Shown here one piece after another: positions 40,094 through 50,600 of a DNA stretch of 64,000 nucleotides (within the stretch, counting starts at the first letter, position 1; every line of letters starts with the position of its first letter). The notes below the pieces were generated by a model. It did not search any database. It was not told the DNA's origin and worked only from the letters and a program-made list of their open reading frames with translations. The translations under genes and the position numbers were made by a program. Source of the stretch: a virus (lineage: Duplodnaviria; Heunggongvirae; Uroviricota; Caudoviricetes); the IMG/VR virus record IMGVR_UViG_3300043467_001216, one strand, 5' to 3'.

Positions 40094-40389
40094 TACGCAC
40101 TTGGTGTTGTATATGGTGATACAGATTTATAAAAGTTTAATTTTATTTCATTTTTACGTTCAACAATGTCAAGTAAAGTACCTGCCGATTCATTATGAAC
40201 ATCTAAATCACCACCTGTACCTCTACCTCTAGCATCACCATCAGCTAACGCATCAGGATTAACTGCCGAATATAAGTTACCTGTTTGGTTATAATCATTT
40301 TTAGGGATTAATCTTTTTCTTTCTGTTTCTGCAATTTCTGACAATCTATTTTTAGGTTGTTCAAAATTTAATGGTTCGTTTGATGGCAT
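40093..40389 (-). CDS. Hypothetical protein
   Basis: 98-aa ORF in operon. Confidence 0.65.
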   Translation of the reverse strand: MPSNEPLNFEQPKNRLSEIAETERKRLIPKNDYNQTGNLYSAVNPDALADGDARGRGTGGDLDVHNESAGTLLDIVERKNEIKLNFYKSVSPYTTPSA

Positions 40390-40390
40390 A

Positions 40391-40861
40391 TTAAATTATT
40401 TTTTTTATTAAATCGTTTATTCTACGTAAACTTTCTGTTACGGCTAAATCATATTTTTCAAGATTTGAGTGATGGTCTTTACTTGGTCTATTTTGATTAA
40501 CAACGTTGTTTTTTTCGTGAGGAGCAATAAATTGGTTATCCAACCCTATTGATTTAATTTCTTTAGAACGATGAACGTCACCTCTCATAGATGTTAAAGT
40601 ATTGTTAACCCAATTTTTCACATAATCACCACCATTTAAAATAAAAGGTAAATCATTTTGATGTCCATTAAAGTTATCAAACCAATTCTTCATTCTTTTT
40701 AATTGTTGGTAAGAAATATTACCTTTATCCCTCAATTCTTTATTTCGTCTAAAACCTTCAGTTGAATCGTCAGCCCCAATAGCCGAGTTAAAACATTCAT
40801 CTAAATATTTAAGAACGTCTTCAGGTAAATTAACAGTATTTCCGTATAAATCTTTATTCAT
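40391..40861 (-). CDS. Hypothetical protein
   Basis: 156 aa; C-terminal VTESLRRINDLIKKII. Confidence 0.65.
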   Translation of the reverse strand: MNKDLYGNTVNLPEDVLKYLDECFNSAIGADDSTEGFRRNKELRDKGNISYQQLKRMKNWFDNFNGHQNDLPFILNGGDYVKNWVNNTLTSMRGDVHRSKEIKSIGLDNQFIAPHEKNNVVNQNRPSKDHHSNLEKYDLAVTESLRRINDLIKKII

Positions 40862-41684
40862 TAGATTTTAAAATTTTAATTAATTCACTAACACTAATAC
40901 CTTCTTTGTCGGCAATTTTTTTAATGGTTTGTAAATTTTTTGCTAATATTTTACTAACCGGATTTGATTTTGAGATAACATCAGAATCCGATTTATTTTT
41001 TTTAGTTAAGATATCTTCAACCATTTTAACCATTTTCTGTCTTTGTTCTTCATCAAGTTGGTCTTTCTCAACTAAACGTTGTTTTAGGAAATTACCTTTT
41101 CTTTTAATTTTAGGTAATTTACCAAATTGTTTAGCCCTTTCCTCAGCATTTTCAACACCCATCTTTTTCAAAGTTTTTACGGTGTTTTTATAATCCATAT
41201 CTTCAGTTTCCTCATATCCAAACGCGTCTGAGTAATCAACTTCTGACATAACATTATCACTATCTTCAACACTTTCACCATAATAAACACGATAACCTCG
41301 TAACACAGGATTACCCGCTTGTCTAGTCATAGCAATCGTTTGGTCCATAGTTTTATGAGGAGTTAATGTTTGATTTAAATTAGGTATTCTAGATGATAAC
41401 ATAGTACCATCAGAATCAACTAATTCATCAATTTCACCTGATGGTTTTTTAGTTAATTCTTTTTTAATATCACTTTTGCTATATTTCTTTTTACTTTTTA
41501 AAATTTTTCTTAAAGAGTCAACAACTTTTTTAGCATCGTTCTTTTTAAAAGATTGTTTTTCAAAATCTTTTTTAGATTCATTTAAAGTCTCACCTGTTGA
41601 ATAATATAGTGTAATATTCTCACTTCCCTCCTTTAAATAGAAGTAACAATTATTACCAAAATATCCAGTATTATACTTAATCAT
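40854..41684 (-). CDS. Hypothetical protein
   Basis: Start revised to ATG 41684 (MIKYNTG...) because the track's extension overlaps the divergent promoters and gene 41739. Confidence 0.65.
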   Translation of the reverse strand: MIKYNTGYFGNNCYFYLKEGSENITLYYSTGETLNESKKDFEKQSFKKNDAKKVVDSLRKILKSKKKYSKSDIKKELTKKPSGEIDELVDSDGTMLSSRIPNLNQTLTPHKTMDQTIAMTRQAGNPVLRGYRVYYGESVEDSDNVMSEVDYSDAFGYEETEDMDYKNTVKTLKKMGVENAEERAKQFGKLPKIKRKGNFLKQRLVEKDQLDEEQRQKMVKMVEDILTKKNKSDSDVISKSNPVSKILAKNLQTIKKIADKEGISVSELIKILKSNE

Positions 41685-41698
41685 CTTCTTTTTTATTA

Positions 41699-41725
41699 AT
41701 AAATACCACGATATAGAGTATTTAT
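41699..41725. promoter_or_regulatory. Back-to-back divergent TATTTAT motifs
   Basis: ATAAATAC-cacgatataga-GTATTTAT between divergent genes. Confidence 0.65.
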
Positions 41726-41738
41726 CATAAAAAAGATT

Positions 41739-44700
41739 GTGAGTCAAAATATTTATCAATATCAAAATTCAAGTGTGGGTTTAAAACTTAGTTTGGACTC
41801 ATACGATATGTCTTTATCATCAGATGAGAGAGACTTCAATCAAGAAGTTGTGTATTCACCTTATTTAATCGCTCAAACATACGGTAATAGATTACCAATA
41901 TATTTTGATATCAATAATACATTAACCGCCCAAAATTTAGTATTATCATATAAAAACTATAATTTTAATAACGTTTTTGTATCTCAAAATTTTAAAATAA
42001 ATGATTCAGAGGATTTAAGTTGTTTCACAGCAAAAACATCTTGTGATATTGGTTTAACAGGAACTGATAACGGTTTAGTTACCGGTATGACCGCACAAAC
42101 AATAACATTTACAAATGGTTTAGTTAATGATTCAGATAAGTTCAATCGTTTAATTTTTGATAGACGATTCAAAATGTTTCAAGTTACAGGGTATACCAAT
42201 ACACCTAATTTTAGATTTTCAGGTTTTGAAGACAATATTTTATATGAAGTTGTAAGTAAAAACAGTCCGTATATTGGTAGATATCACGAATTATATGGTG
42301 GTTTTTATCAAGGTTTCTATAAATTATTTGGGTACGATTATGATATTTTTCCTGAAAGAATGAATAAGGGATGGTCAGTTGAAATGCTATTGAAGCCAAG
42401 ATTGGTTGATGAATACTCACCTGGTCCGGGTGAAACCACATTAAACGAAATTTACCCAAACAACAAAGACACATTTTTCTATTTTGGAGCAAGAGCCGAA
42501 AACAAATATTACCATCACGCTGATGGTTCACCAAGTTCATTAACAGGTTATACTAGAATCACAAAACCTTTAGTTAGTCTTGAGACTTGTGCTTGTTGTA
42601 ATACAGGTGTAACTAATAGTGACTGTATTTATGTTTACCCTCCAAGGTCAAATGATGGTAAACACGACTCACATAAAAATTACGGATGTAATGTATGTGG
42701 TTGTGATACAAAAACTAATGGTGGTAATTGTTCAGGATGTGGTTGTCCACCTGAAGAATATGAAAGTTGTGGATGGGAATGTAAAACACATAGTTGTGGA
42801 ACAGGTACAACCTCATCAATACAGAGTACTTGTGAAAGTAACCCATTAGATGACTCAATGTCAAATGCGTTATCATTTAAACTTTCGGGTGACCCAAAAA
42901 ATCCAAGTATTTGTGTTAGAATATTAAGAATTACCGGTGATTGTGAAACTAGCGGGTCTTGTACCACAACAGGGATTACGTACACCACAGGATACACAGT
43001 TGACGAACATTGTACTTTACCAATTTACCCTAGATGTCAAATTGAAAACCCCGCGTGGTTAGAAGAAGAACATTGGTTTCAATTTAATGCTGTATGGGAA
43101 CGTTATACTTGGTTGGATGATTGTGATTTAAAATATAGAGGTGGATTAGACGATATTACCGAAAAATTATATTTAGAATCGTTAGCGAATAATTCACAGA
43201 TATTAATAACCCCATTTTATAACCACGAAGGTGCTACACCAGCTAAAACAATTGATTTAGTTAAGTTAAATGAAAAATGGTTAATTAATAAAAAATATCG
43301 AAATGGTCGTTTAAAAATTTACATAAATGGTAAATTGTTTCAAACGTTTGAGAATATTGAAGAATTAATACCAAGAGCTTTACCAACTGAAAAAGAAAAA
43401 CAAGTTGGTGTACCATTTAATATTTCTTGGGGTGGGGGAACTCAAGGTTTAAGAGAACATCTAATCCCAAAACAAGTACCTGTTTGTGACATTGTTGGTG
43501 GTGTGTTAATTAATGTTGTTTTGACTTCTGAAATTTTACCGGGTTCAATAAAAATTACTTACACGTTAACATCATCATCAATACTTAACGAAGATTTAAC
43601 TGTTGATTTTAAACACATATTAGATGTTAAAACAGGTAACCCAATTGAAATAATCACGGGTGTAACAATTAACTCAGGTCAAACTACGGGAACAACACTT
43701 GTTAGTTTACCCGATGATTATAATAACTTGAATGGTATAACAACATTTACCTCTGTTGATGCAACAAACCCAACACTATCTAAATGTTGTAACATTAACG
43801 CTAACCCACCAATATTTGCAACACCAACACCAACACCAACTAATACTCAAACCCCAACAAATACTCAAACACCAACTAATACTCAAACCCCAACAAATAC
43901 AGTTACTCAAACTAAAACACCGACTCAGACAATAACACCAACTAATACTAATACTCAAACCATCACCCCAACAAATACTGAAACACCAACACCAACACCT
44001 ACAAATACAATAACACCTACAAATACAATAACCCCAACAAATACTGAAACACCAACACCAACACCAACTAACACAATTACACCAACTAACACAATTACAC
44101 CAACTAACACAATTACACCAACTAACACAATTACACCAACAAATACCGAAACACCAACACCAACTCCGACTAATACAATAACCTCAACAAATACCCCAAC
44201 ACCAACTAATACAATAACACCAAGTTCAACATTAGGAATAACACAAAGTGGATTAATTTTAGATTGGGATATTCAAAATACGTTATCTTATAATGGGTCG
44301 GGGTCTGTTATAACTGATTTGGAAGGTAACTCTAATGGTGTTATAACAGGAACTATTACTTATAGTAGTGGAAGTCCTAATTATTTAACTATTGAAGGTT
44401 CAACAACCGAATATATAAGAACCGGAGGTCTTAATGCGTATCTATCACCTGTTAACACAGGTGAAGTAATGTCATTATTTATGTGGGTTTACCCAATAAC
44501 TAATGGTATTTTATTATGTGAACAAGGAACTACAACACCTGATTCATCTTGGTTTGATGCTCAAATACAACGAAATTCAAGTGGTAATTTCTTATTTGCA
44601 ATTTGGCCATATGTTATAAACGGAACCGCACTGATTACTTCACCTAGTATATACCCATTAAATAATTGGTACTATGTCGGTTGGACATATAATGGAACAA

Positions 44701-44960
44701 CATTAACAGCGTACGTTAACGGTTCATCAGTTGGTACTTACACAGTGAATAGAGAAACACCATATAACAGTAATGGTTTAAATATGTATTATTACTTAGG
44801 ATATCCAACGTCAACTAACTTGGTTACAACACCTGGCGGTATAGGTCAAGGACCCGCATCAACGTTTAGATTTGGAGGATTTAATGTTTATAACAGGGGA
44901 ATCAATTCATCTGAAGTAACCCAAAACTATAATAGTAGTAAATCTAATTATGGTTTATAA
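41739..44960 (+). CDS. Large virion fibre-like protein: interrupted LamG, Cys-rich region, Thr/Pro stalk, C-terminal LamG lectin
   Basis: WSVEMLLKP / LKIYINGK (LamG strands); CxCC/CxxCxC clusters; TP repeat 43820-44225; C-terminal WYYVGWTYNG..LTAYVNG..FNVYNRGINSSEVTQNY. Confidence 0.7.
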   Translation: MSQNIYQYQNSSVGLKLSLDSYDMSLSSDERDFNQEVVYSPYLIAQTYGNRLPIYFDINNTLTAQNLVLSYKNYNFNNVFVSQNFKINDSEDLSCFTAKTSCDIGLTGTDNGLVTGMTAQTITFTNGLVNDSDKFNRLIFDRRFKMFQVTGYTNTPNFRFSGFEDNILYEVVSKNSPYIGRYHELYGGFYQGFYKLFGYDYDIFPERMNKGWSVEMLLKPRLVDEYSPGPGETTLNEIYPNNKDTFFYFGARAENKYYHHADGSPSSLTGYTRITKPLVSLETCACCNTGVTNSDCIYVYPPRSNDGKHDSHKNYGCNVCGCDTKTNGGNCSGCGCPPEEYESCGWECKTHSCGTGTTSSIQSTCESNPLDDSMSNALSFKLSGDPKNPSICVRILRITGDCETSGSCTTTGITYTTGYTVDEHCTLPIYPRCQIENPAWLEEEHWFQFNAVWERYTWLDDCDLKYRGGLDDITEKLYLESLANNSQILITPFYNHEGATPAKTIDLVKLNEKWLINKKYRNGRLKIYINGKLFQTFENIEELIPRALPTEKEKQVGVPFNISWGGGTQGLREHLIPKQVPVCDIVGGVLINVVLTSEILPGSIKITYTLTSSSILNEDLTVDFKHILDVKTGNPIEIITGVTINSGQTTGTTLVSLPDDYNNLNGITTFTSVDATNPTLSKCCNINANPPIFATPTPTPTNTQTPTNTQTPTNTQTPTNTVTQTKTPTQTITPTNTNTQTITPTNTETPTPTPTNTITPTNTITPTNTETPTPTPTNTITPTNTITPTNTITPTNTITPTNTETPTPTPTNTITSTNTPTPTNTITPSSTLGITQSGLILDWDIQNTLSYNGSGSVITDLEGNSNGVITGTITYSSGSPNYLTIEGSTTEYIRTGGLNAYLSPVNTGEVMSLFMWVYPITNGILLCEQGTTTPDSSWFDAQIQRNSSGNFLFAIWPYVINGTALITSPSIYPLNNWYYVGWTYNGTTLTAYVNGSSVGTYTVNRETPYNSNGLNMYYYLGYPTSTNLVTTPGGIGQGPASTFRFGGFNVYNRGINSSEVTQNYNSSKSNYGL

Positions 44961-44982
44961 ACATATTTATAATTAAAAAGTA

Positions 44983-46371
44983 ATGGCATCAACAGTAGTT
45001 ATAGGAACTAGAAATTATAGTGGTGAAACTGCCGAAATTACATTTTACCCAGAAACAGGCGGTACAATAAATGTTGGAATACAAGTTGTTCCTTACAATT
45101 ATACAACTGATTATTTTTTTGGTAAGTATGAATTATTTTTTTCAGCTTATAATTTCACTTGTGACTTTACCATTTCATCATCTAACCCTATACCCTCACC
45201 TCAAACAATAACGGCAACAACCGTTGAATATGATTTATTTCAAAGGTATACTCAAGACCCTGAGAATTTTTCAGATATGGATTTAAGTCCAACCACATTT
45301 AGTGGTTTAAATACTAATATATTAATTAACAAATATTTTGCAGGTTCTTTTGAAGGTGCAATATCTCAATTTAGATTTTACACATCACCCCTATCCGCAC
45401 CTGAAGTTAAACACAATTTTAGTTTATTGAAGAACCCATTTATAATGTTCAATCCTGATTGTCCTGATTGTTCTACAGACAGTTGTGCTATTAATGATTT
45501 TACATATGTAATTAATAACACACAAGAATTAGAACCACCGTTAGAAATTAAGCCGGATGTTTCACTATTAGGTAGAATGTATATCCCTGATATTAGAGAT
45601 AAAAATTACCTAATTAAGGATAACTATGATTATCTACTTAGTATTGTTCGTGCTAGACCTATTGTTAATAAATATAAAATAACACCAACACCAAGTAAAA
45701 GTAGACCAATATTACCAACACCAACACCAACAAGAACACCAACAAGAACACCAACAAAATCTAAACCGGTATTAGTTACGCCAACACCATCAAAAACACC
45801 TGTTTATCAATTTAAGTATTGGGACTCAGATGGTTGGTGGGGTAATCAACGTAATTTACCTCATTGTGTTGGTTATTCTTGGGCTCATTGGGTTGAAGAT
45901 GGTCCTGTAGGTCACGAAGGTACTCCACCAATAATTTCACCTGTTACAATCTATAACGAAGCTCAAAAAATTGATGAATGGCCGGGAGAAAATTATGCAG
46001 GTACATCAGTTAGAGCAGGTGCAAAATATTTACAATCTAAAAACGTAATTAAATCATACTATTGGGGTTACGACTTAAACACGTTAATTAATTCAGTGTT
46101 TGAATTAGGCCCTGTAGTTGTTGGTACTTATTGGTATTCAGGAATGTTTTACCCTAACTCAAACGGGTTAATTAGAGTGACAGGTGGTATTGTCGGAGGA
46201 CACGCATATTTAATAAATGGTGTTGATAAAGAAAAAAAACTTTTTAGAATAAAAAATAGCTGGGGACAAACTTGGGGTAAACAAGGACACGCATTTATCT
46301 CATTCAATGATATGTCAAGATTAATATCAATGAATGGTGAAGTTTGTTTAGCAATCGAAAATAATTTTTAA
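44983..46371 (+). CDS. Modular protein: N-module, LamG C-terminal fragment, TP linker and papain-like (C1) cysteine peptidase
   Basis: NQRNLPHCVGYSW (Q, C), GGHAYLING (H), KNSWGQTWGKQG (N). Confidence 0.85.
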   Translation: MASTVVIGTRNYSGETAEITFYPETGGTINVGIQVVPYNYTTDYFFGKYELFFSAYNFTCDFTISSSNPIPSPQTITATTVEYDLFQRYTQDPENFSDMDLSPTTFSGLNTNILINKYFAGSFEGAISQFRFYTSPLSAPEVKHNFSLLKNPFIMFNPDCPDCSTDSCAINDFTYVINNTQELEPPLEIKPDVSLLGRMYIPDIRDKNYLIKDNYDYLLSIVRARPIVNKYKITPTPSKSRPILPTPTPTRTPTRTPTKSKPVLVTPTPSKTPVYQFKYWDSDGWWGNQRNLPHCVGYSWAHWVEDGPVGHEGTPPIISPVTIYNEAQKIDEWPGENYAGTSVRAGAKYLQSKNVIKSYYWGYDLNTLINSVFELGPVVVGTYWYSGMFYPNSNGLIRVTGGIVGGHAYLINGVDKEKKLFRIKNSWGQTWGKQGHAFISFNDMSRLISMNGEVCLAIENNF

Positions 46372-46375
46372 TTAG

Positions 46376-47542
46376 ATGAGTAATACAATAGTAATATCAA
46401 GTGTTAATTATGACGGTGAGTCAGCTAATATATTATTTAAACCCGACAATGATAATGTCACTATAAATTTAAATAAAGAATTCGGTCAAATTATATTACC
46501 ATATACGTTTGACCCCTCAACTTTAATACCCCCTCGTGATGTATTTGGAACGTACACAATATTAGTTGATAATTCAAAATGTCCTAATTTTATGAACGTT
46601 GTTAGACCAACACCAACACAAACGCCAACTAAAACAATTACACCTACAGTAACTAAAACCCCTACTAAAACTCCAACTCCAACTATAACACCCAACCCTT
46701 GTTTAATTTCTCCAACACCAACATCAACAGTAACTCCAACAGTAACCCCAACATTAACTAAAACCCCAACTCCAACATTAACTAAAACCCCAACTCCAAC
46801 ATTAACACCGTTATCTTGTTTTCAAAAATATAATAATTGGTGGAATACACATTCATTTTTATCATATTCATCAATTACTAATTATTATACTTATTCATAC
46901 TTACCTAGCTCAACGTTTATTAGTACAGGAGGATTATCAATGTTTAATGTCGGTAATACCATTTTATTTAGTAACCCATTTCCAAAAGTCTATGGAACTG
47001 TTGGTACTGATTTTTTAATTAGTAAACCAAATATTTGGCCTCAAATAACATTAATTAATTTAGGTACAACCATTAGTCCACATTCAATATCGGAAATTGG
47101 TTTACCGTCGATTATTTCAGGTAATGACCCAACTTATGGACCATACACTATTACTCGTGAGGTTACATTAACCGAAGGAACTTATAGTTGTAATAACATC
47201 ACTGGTAGTTGGTATCGTTATAGTAATATCGGTGTTAACCCTATATTTTTATCAGGACAAACACCTTGCCCATCAATCGAATATGTTTGGTTTACTGTTG
47301 AATCAACCGATTGGAATACAGTCATTTCTAGTGTTTCCGATAATAGAGGTAGCGTATCAAATCCAAATCAATTAGATTCGACCGTAACAGTCATAGGTGA
47401 AAATGGATTTATTGGTATGATATTATTATCAAAATATAACCCATCGTTACCGTCGACAATAATACCTAATAATCAAATTACAACATTTTTACAAAACACA
47501 ATATGTGAAATGTTTAACAGTGTTAATTGTGTTGATTTTTAA
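46376..47542 (+). CDS. N-module, Thr/Pro stalk and C-terminal beta-rich domain
   Basis: N-terminus homologous to that of 44983; TP repeat 46607-46810. Confidence 0.7.
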   Translation: MSNTIVISSVNYDGESANILFKPDNDNVTINLNKEFGQIILPYTFDPSTLIPPRDVFGTYTILVDNSKCPNFMNVVRPTPTQTPTKTITPTVTKTPTKTPTPTITPNPCLISPTPTSTVTPTVTPTLTKTPTPTLTKTPTPTLTPLSCFQKYNNWWNTHSFLSYSSITNYYTYSYLPSSTFISTGGLSMFNVGNTILFSNPFPKVYGTVGTDFLISKPNIWPQITLINLGTTISPHSISEIGLPSIISGNDPTYGPYTITREVTLTEGTYSCNNITGSWYRYSNIGVNPIFLSGQTPCPSIEYVWFTVESTDWNTVISSVSDNRGSVSNPNQLDSTVTVIGENGFIGMILLSKYNPSLPSTIIPNNQITTFLQNTICEMFNSVNCVDF

Positions 47543-47623
47543 TATTTAAGAATTTTAAAAAAAACTTATTATTTTAATAATAAAAATGTTAAAATATCAA
47601 CTTTTTAGGTATTTATTTTTTAA

Positions 47624-50600
47624 ATGAGTGTAATATATATAACAAGTTTAACAGGTCATTCACCTTACGACATAACAATCTGTGATTTAACTAGAACATA
47701 CTGTGAAGTTGTCTTAACAGGTGTCGTTTCGGTCCCCCCTGTATTGGAGATACCCGCGTTTGAACCTATTGAAGGTGAACCGTTATCTGAAGTCTTAGTT
47801 ATTGTTACCGATTCAACAGGTTGTGAAGAATTCTTATACTTATCTTGTGAACCAACACCAACCCCAACACCTACTAATACGGTCACACCAACAGTAACCC
47901 CAACACCTAATAAGTGTAAGTGTTACACAATTATTAACCCAACGAATGACCCATTACCATTTCAAATAACTTTATGTGATGGTAATACATTAATTACTGA
48001 TATTGACGGGGATACCACATTATATTATTGTGGTTATGATGTTGTCGTTGAGTCACCTGTGTATATTTTAACACCTAAATTTGGTTGTGATGTCAACGGA
48101 TGCCCTGAACCATACCCAACGTCAACTCCAACACCAACAGTCACACCTACTTTACCACCAGTTATTGGTAACTTTAGAAGTTGTTGTGATTCATCTTATG
48201 AATTTAGAATATCAAACATTCCTGGGTCGTACTCACCATTAAATGGTACTTATTTTATTTCAAATACAAACTTTGAAGGATGTGCTCAATATATTGGGAG
48301 TACAACCTCACCGATAATATTCCAACACCAATTTATGGGTCAATCAACTAATTGTTATGATTGTCAAATTGAAAACCCATCTTATTTGTGTTTAACCCCA
48401 ACCCCAACCCCGACAGTTACCACCACTAATACTGTCACCCCGACGGTGACTCCAACAAATACCGAAACACCAACTCAAACACCTACAAACACTAATACTC
48501 AAACACCAACTGTTACCGAAACACCAACTCAAACACCAACTGTTACCGAAACACCAACTCAAACGCCAACTGTTACCGAAACACCAACTCAAACTGTAAC
48601 CCCAACTGTTACCGAAACACCAACGCAAACTATAACACAAACTGTTACACCAACAAATACAATAACAAGAACACAAACACCGACTAACACAAGAACTCAA
48701 ACACCGACTAACACAAGAACTCAAACACCAACAAATACTAACACACAAACCAAAACACAAACTCCAACTAACACTAACACACAAACTCCAACTAATACTG
48801 AAACCCCTACTAACACACCAACCAACACAAATACACCAACAAATACTATTACACCTACTAACACAAGAACACAAACACAAACGCCAACTAATACTATAAC
48901 TCAAACACAAACCCCGACAAATACTAGAACACAAACACCAACAAATACAAGAACACAAACACCAACAAACACAATAACATCAACACAAACACCAACAAAC
49001 ACAATAACATCAACCAACACACCAACTAATACAAGAACACAAACTCCAACAAAAACACAAACACAAACACCAACAAATACTCGTACACAAACACCAACAA
49101 ACACAATAACACAAACACCAACAAATACTCGTACACAAACACCAACTAATACTCGTACACAAACACCTACAAAAACACAAACACCAACTAATACTATAAC
49201 TCAAACAAAGACACAAACACCAACTAATACTATAACTCAAACACAAACACCTACTAATACTATCACACAAACCCCAACAAATACTAACACACAGACACCG
49301 ACTAACACACAGACCCCAACTAATACTAACACACAGACCCCAACTAACACTATTACTCAAACTCCAACTAATACTATCACACAAACAAACACTCAAACAC
49401 AGACAAGAACTCAAACCCCAACAAATACTAATACGAGTACACCAACAAACACAATAACACAAACACAGACAAGAACTCAAACCCCAACAAATACAAGAAC
49501 TCAAACCCCAACAAATACAATAACAAGAACACAAACAAGAACACAAACCCCAACAAATACGCCAACAAAAACACAAACACCCACAGTAACCATAACACCA
49601 ACTAACACAAGAACTCAAACACAAACACCAACAAATACTATAACCCAAACACCAACAAATACCACAACAAACACCCCAACCACAACTCAAACACCAACAC
49701 CAACAACACCATATGATTTATTTATCGTTGAAAGTTGTTGTAATAATACAACAGGGTTTATGGAATTACCAATTAGTTTCACACCAACTTTTTTCCCAAG
49801 TTTTTCATCATTTGTTGTTTCAGATACTAATGGATTTTGTTATAAAATCATATCATCAGGTCCTGGTGGTGAAACACCTGACTTATTTTGGAATGGTAAT
49901 TATAACGACGTATACGTTGACACGGGTAACGGATGTGTGAATTGTATTTTAGTTCACCCTTGTCCTACCGCAACACCTACACCAACAAGAACACAAACAC
50001 CGACTAACACTAAAACACCGACTAACACTAAAACACCAACCCAAACCCCAACTAACACTAAAACCCAAACACAAACACCAACTAACACAAGAACACAAAC
50101 ACCAACAAATACTAGAACACAGACTCCAACCCCAACATTGCCACCATTAATTTGTTTTAGATACACAAATAACATAACATCAGGTCAAATTCTGTACAAT
50201 ACAACTGCCGGAGGTTTTATCTATGGTAAACCTTACTATGGTATTATAGATTCATTTACCGTTATTGGTTATGTTTGGTTTGACCCTACATTACAAATTT
50301 GGAAATATTCAGAATCAATTGGTAGTGGGATAATATTCAGTATTTTAAATTTAGATAGTGAATATCCGGTAAGTAATTCTTTACATAATTGGACAGGTTC
50401 ATTTGACGGTAATTCTATGTTATCCTCCAACATTGGTATTTGTTCCACACCAACACCAACACCAACAAATACTAAAACACCAACTAATACTCAAACACAA
50501 ACCCCAACTAATACTCAAACACAAACCCCAACTAACACACCAACTAACACACAAACTAACACACAAACTAACACTCCCACAAATACTATCACTCAAACAC

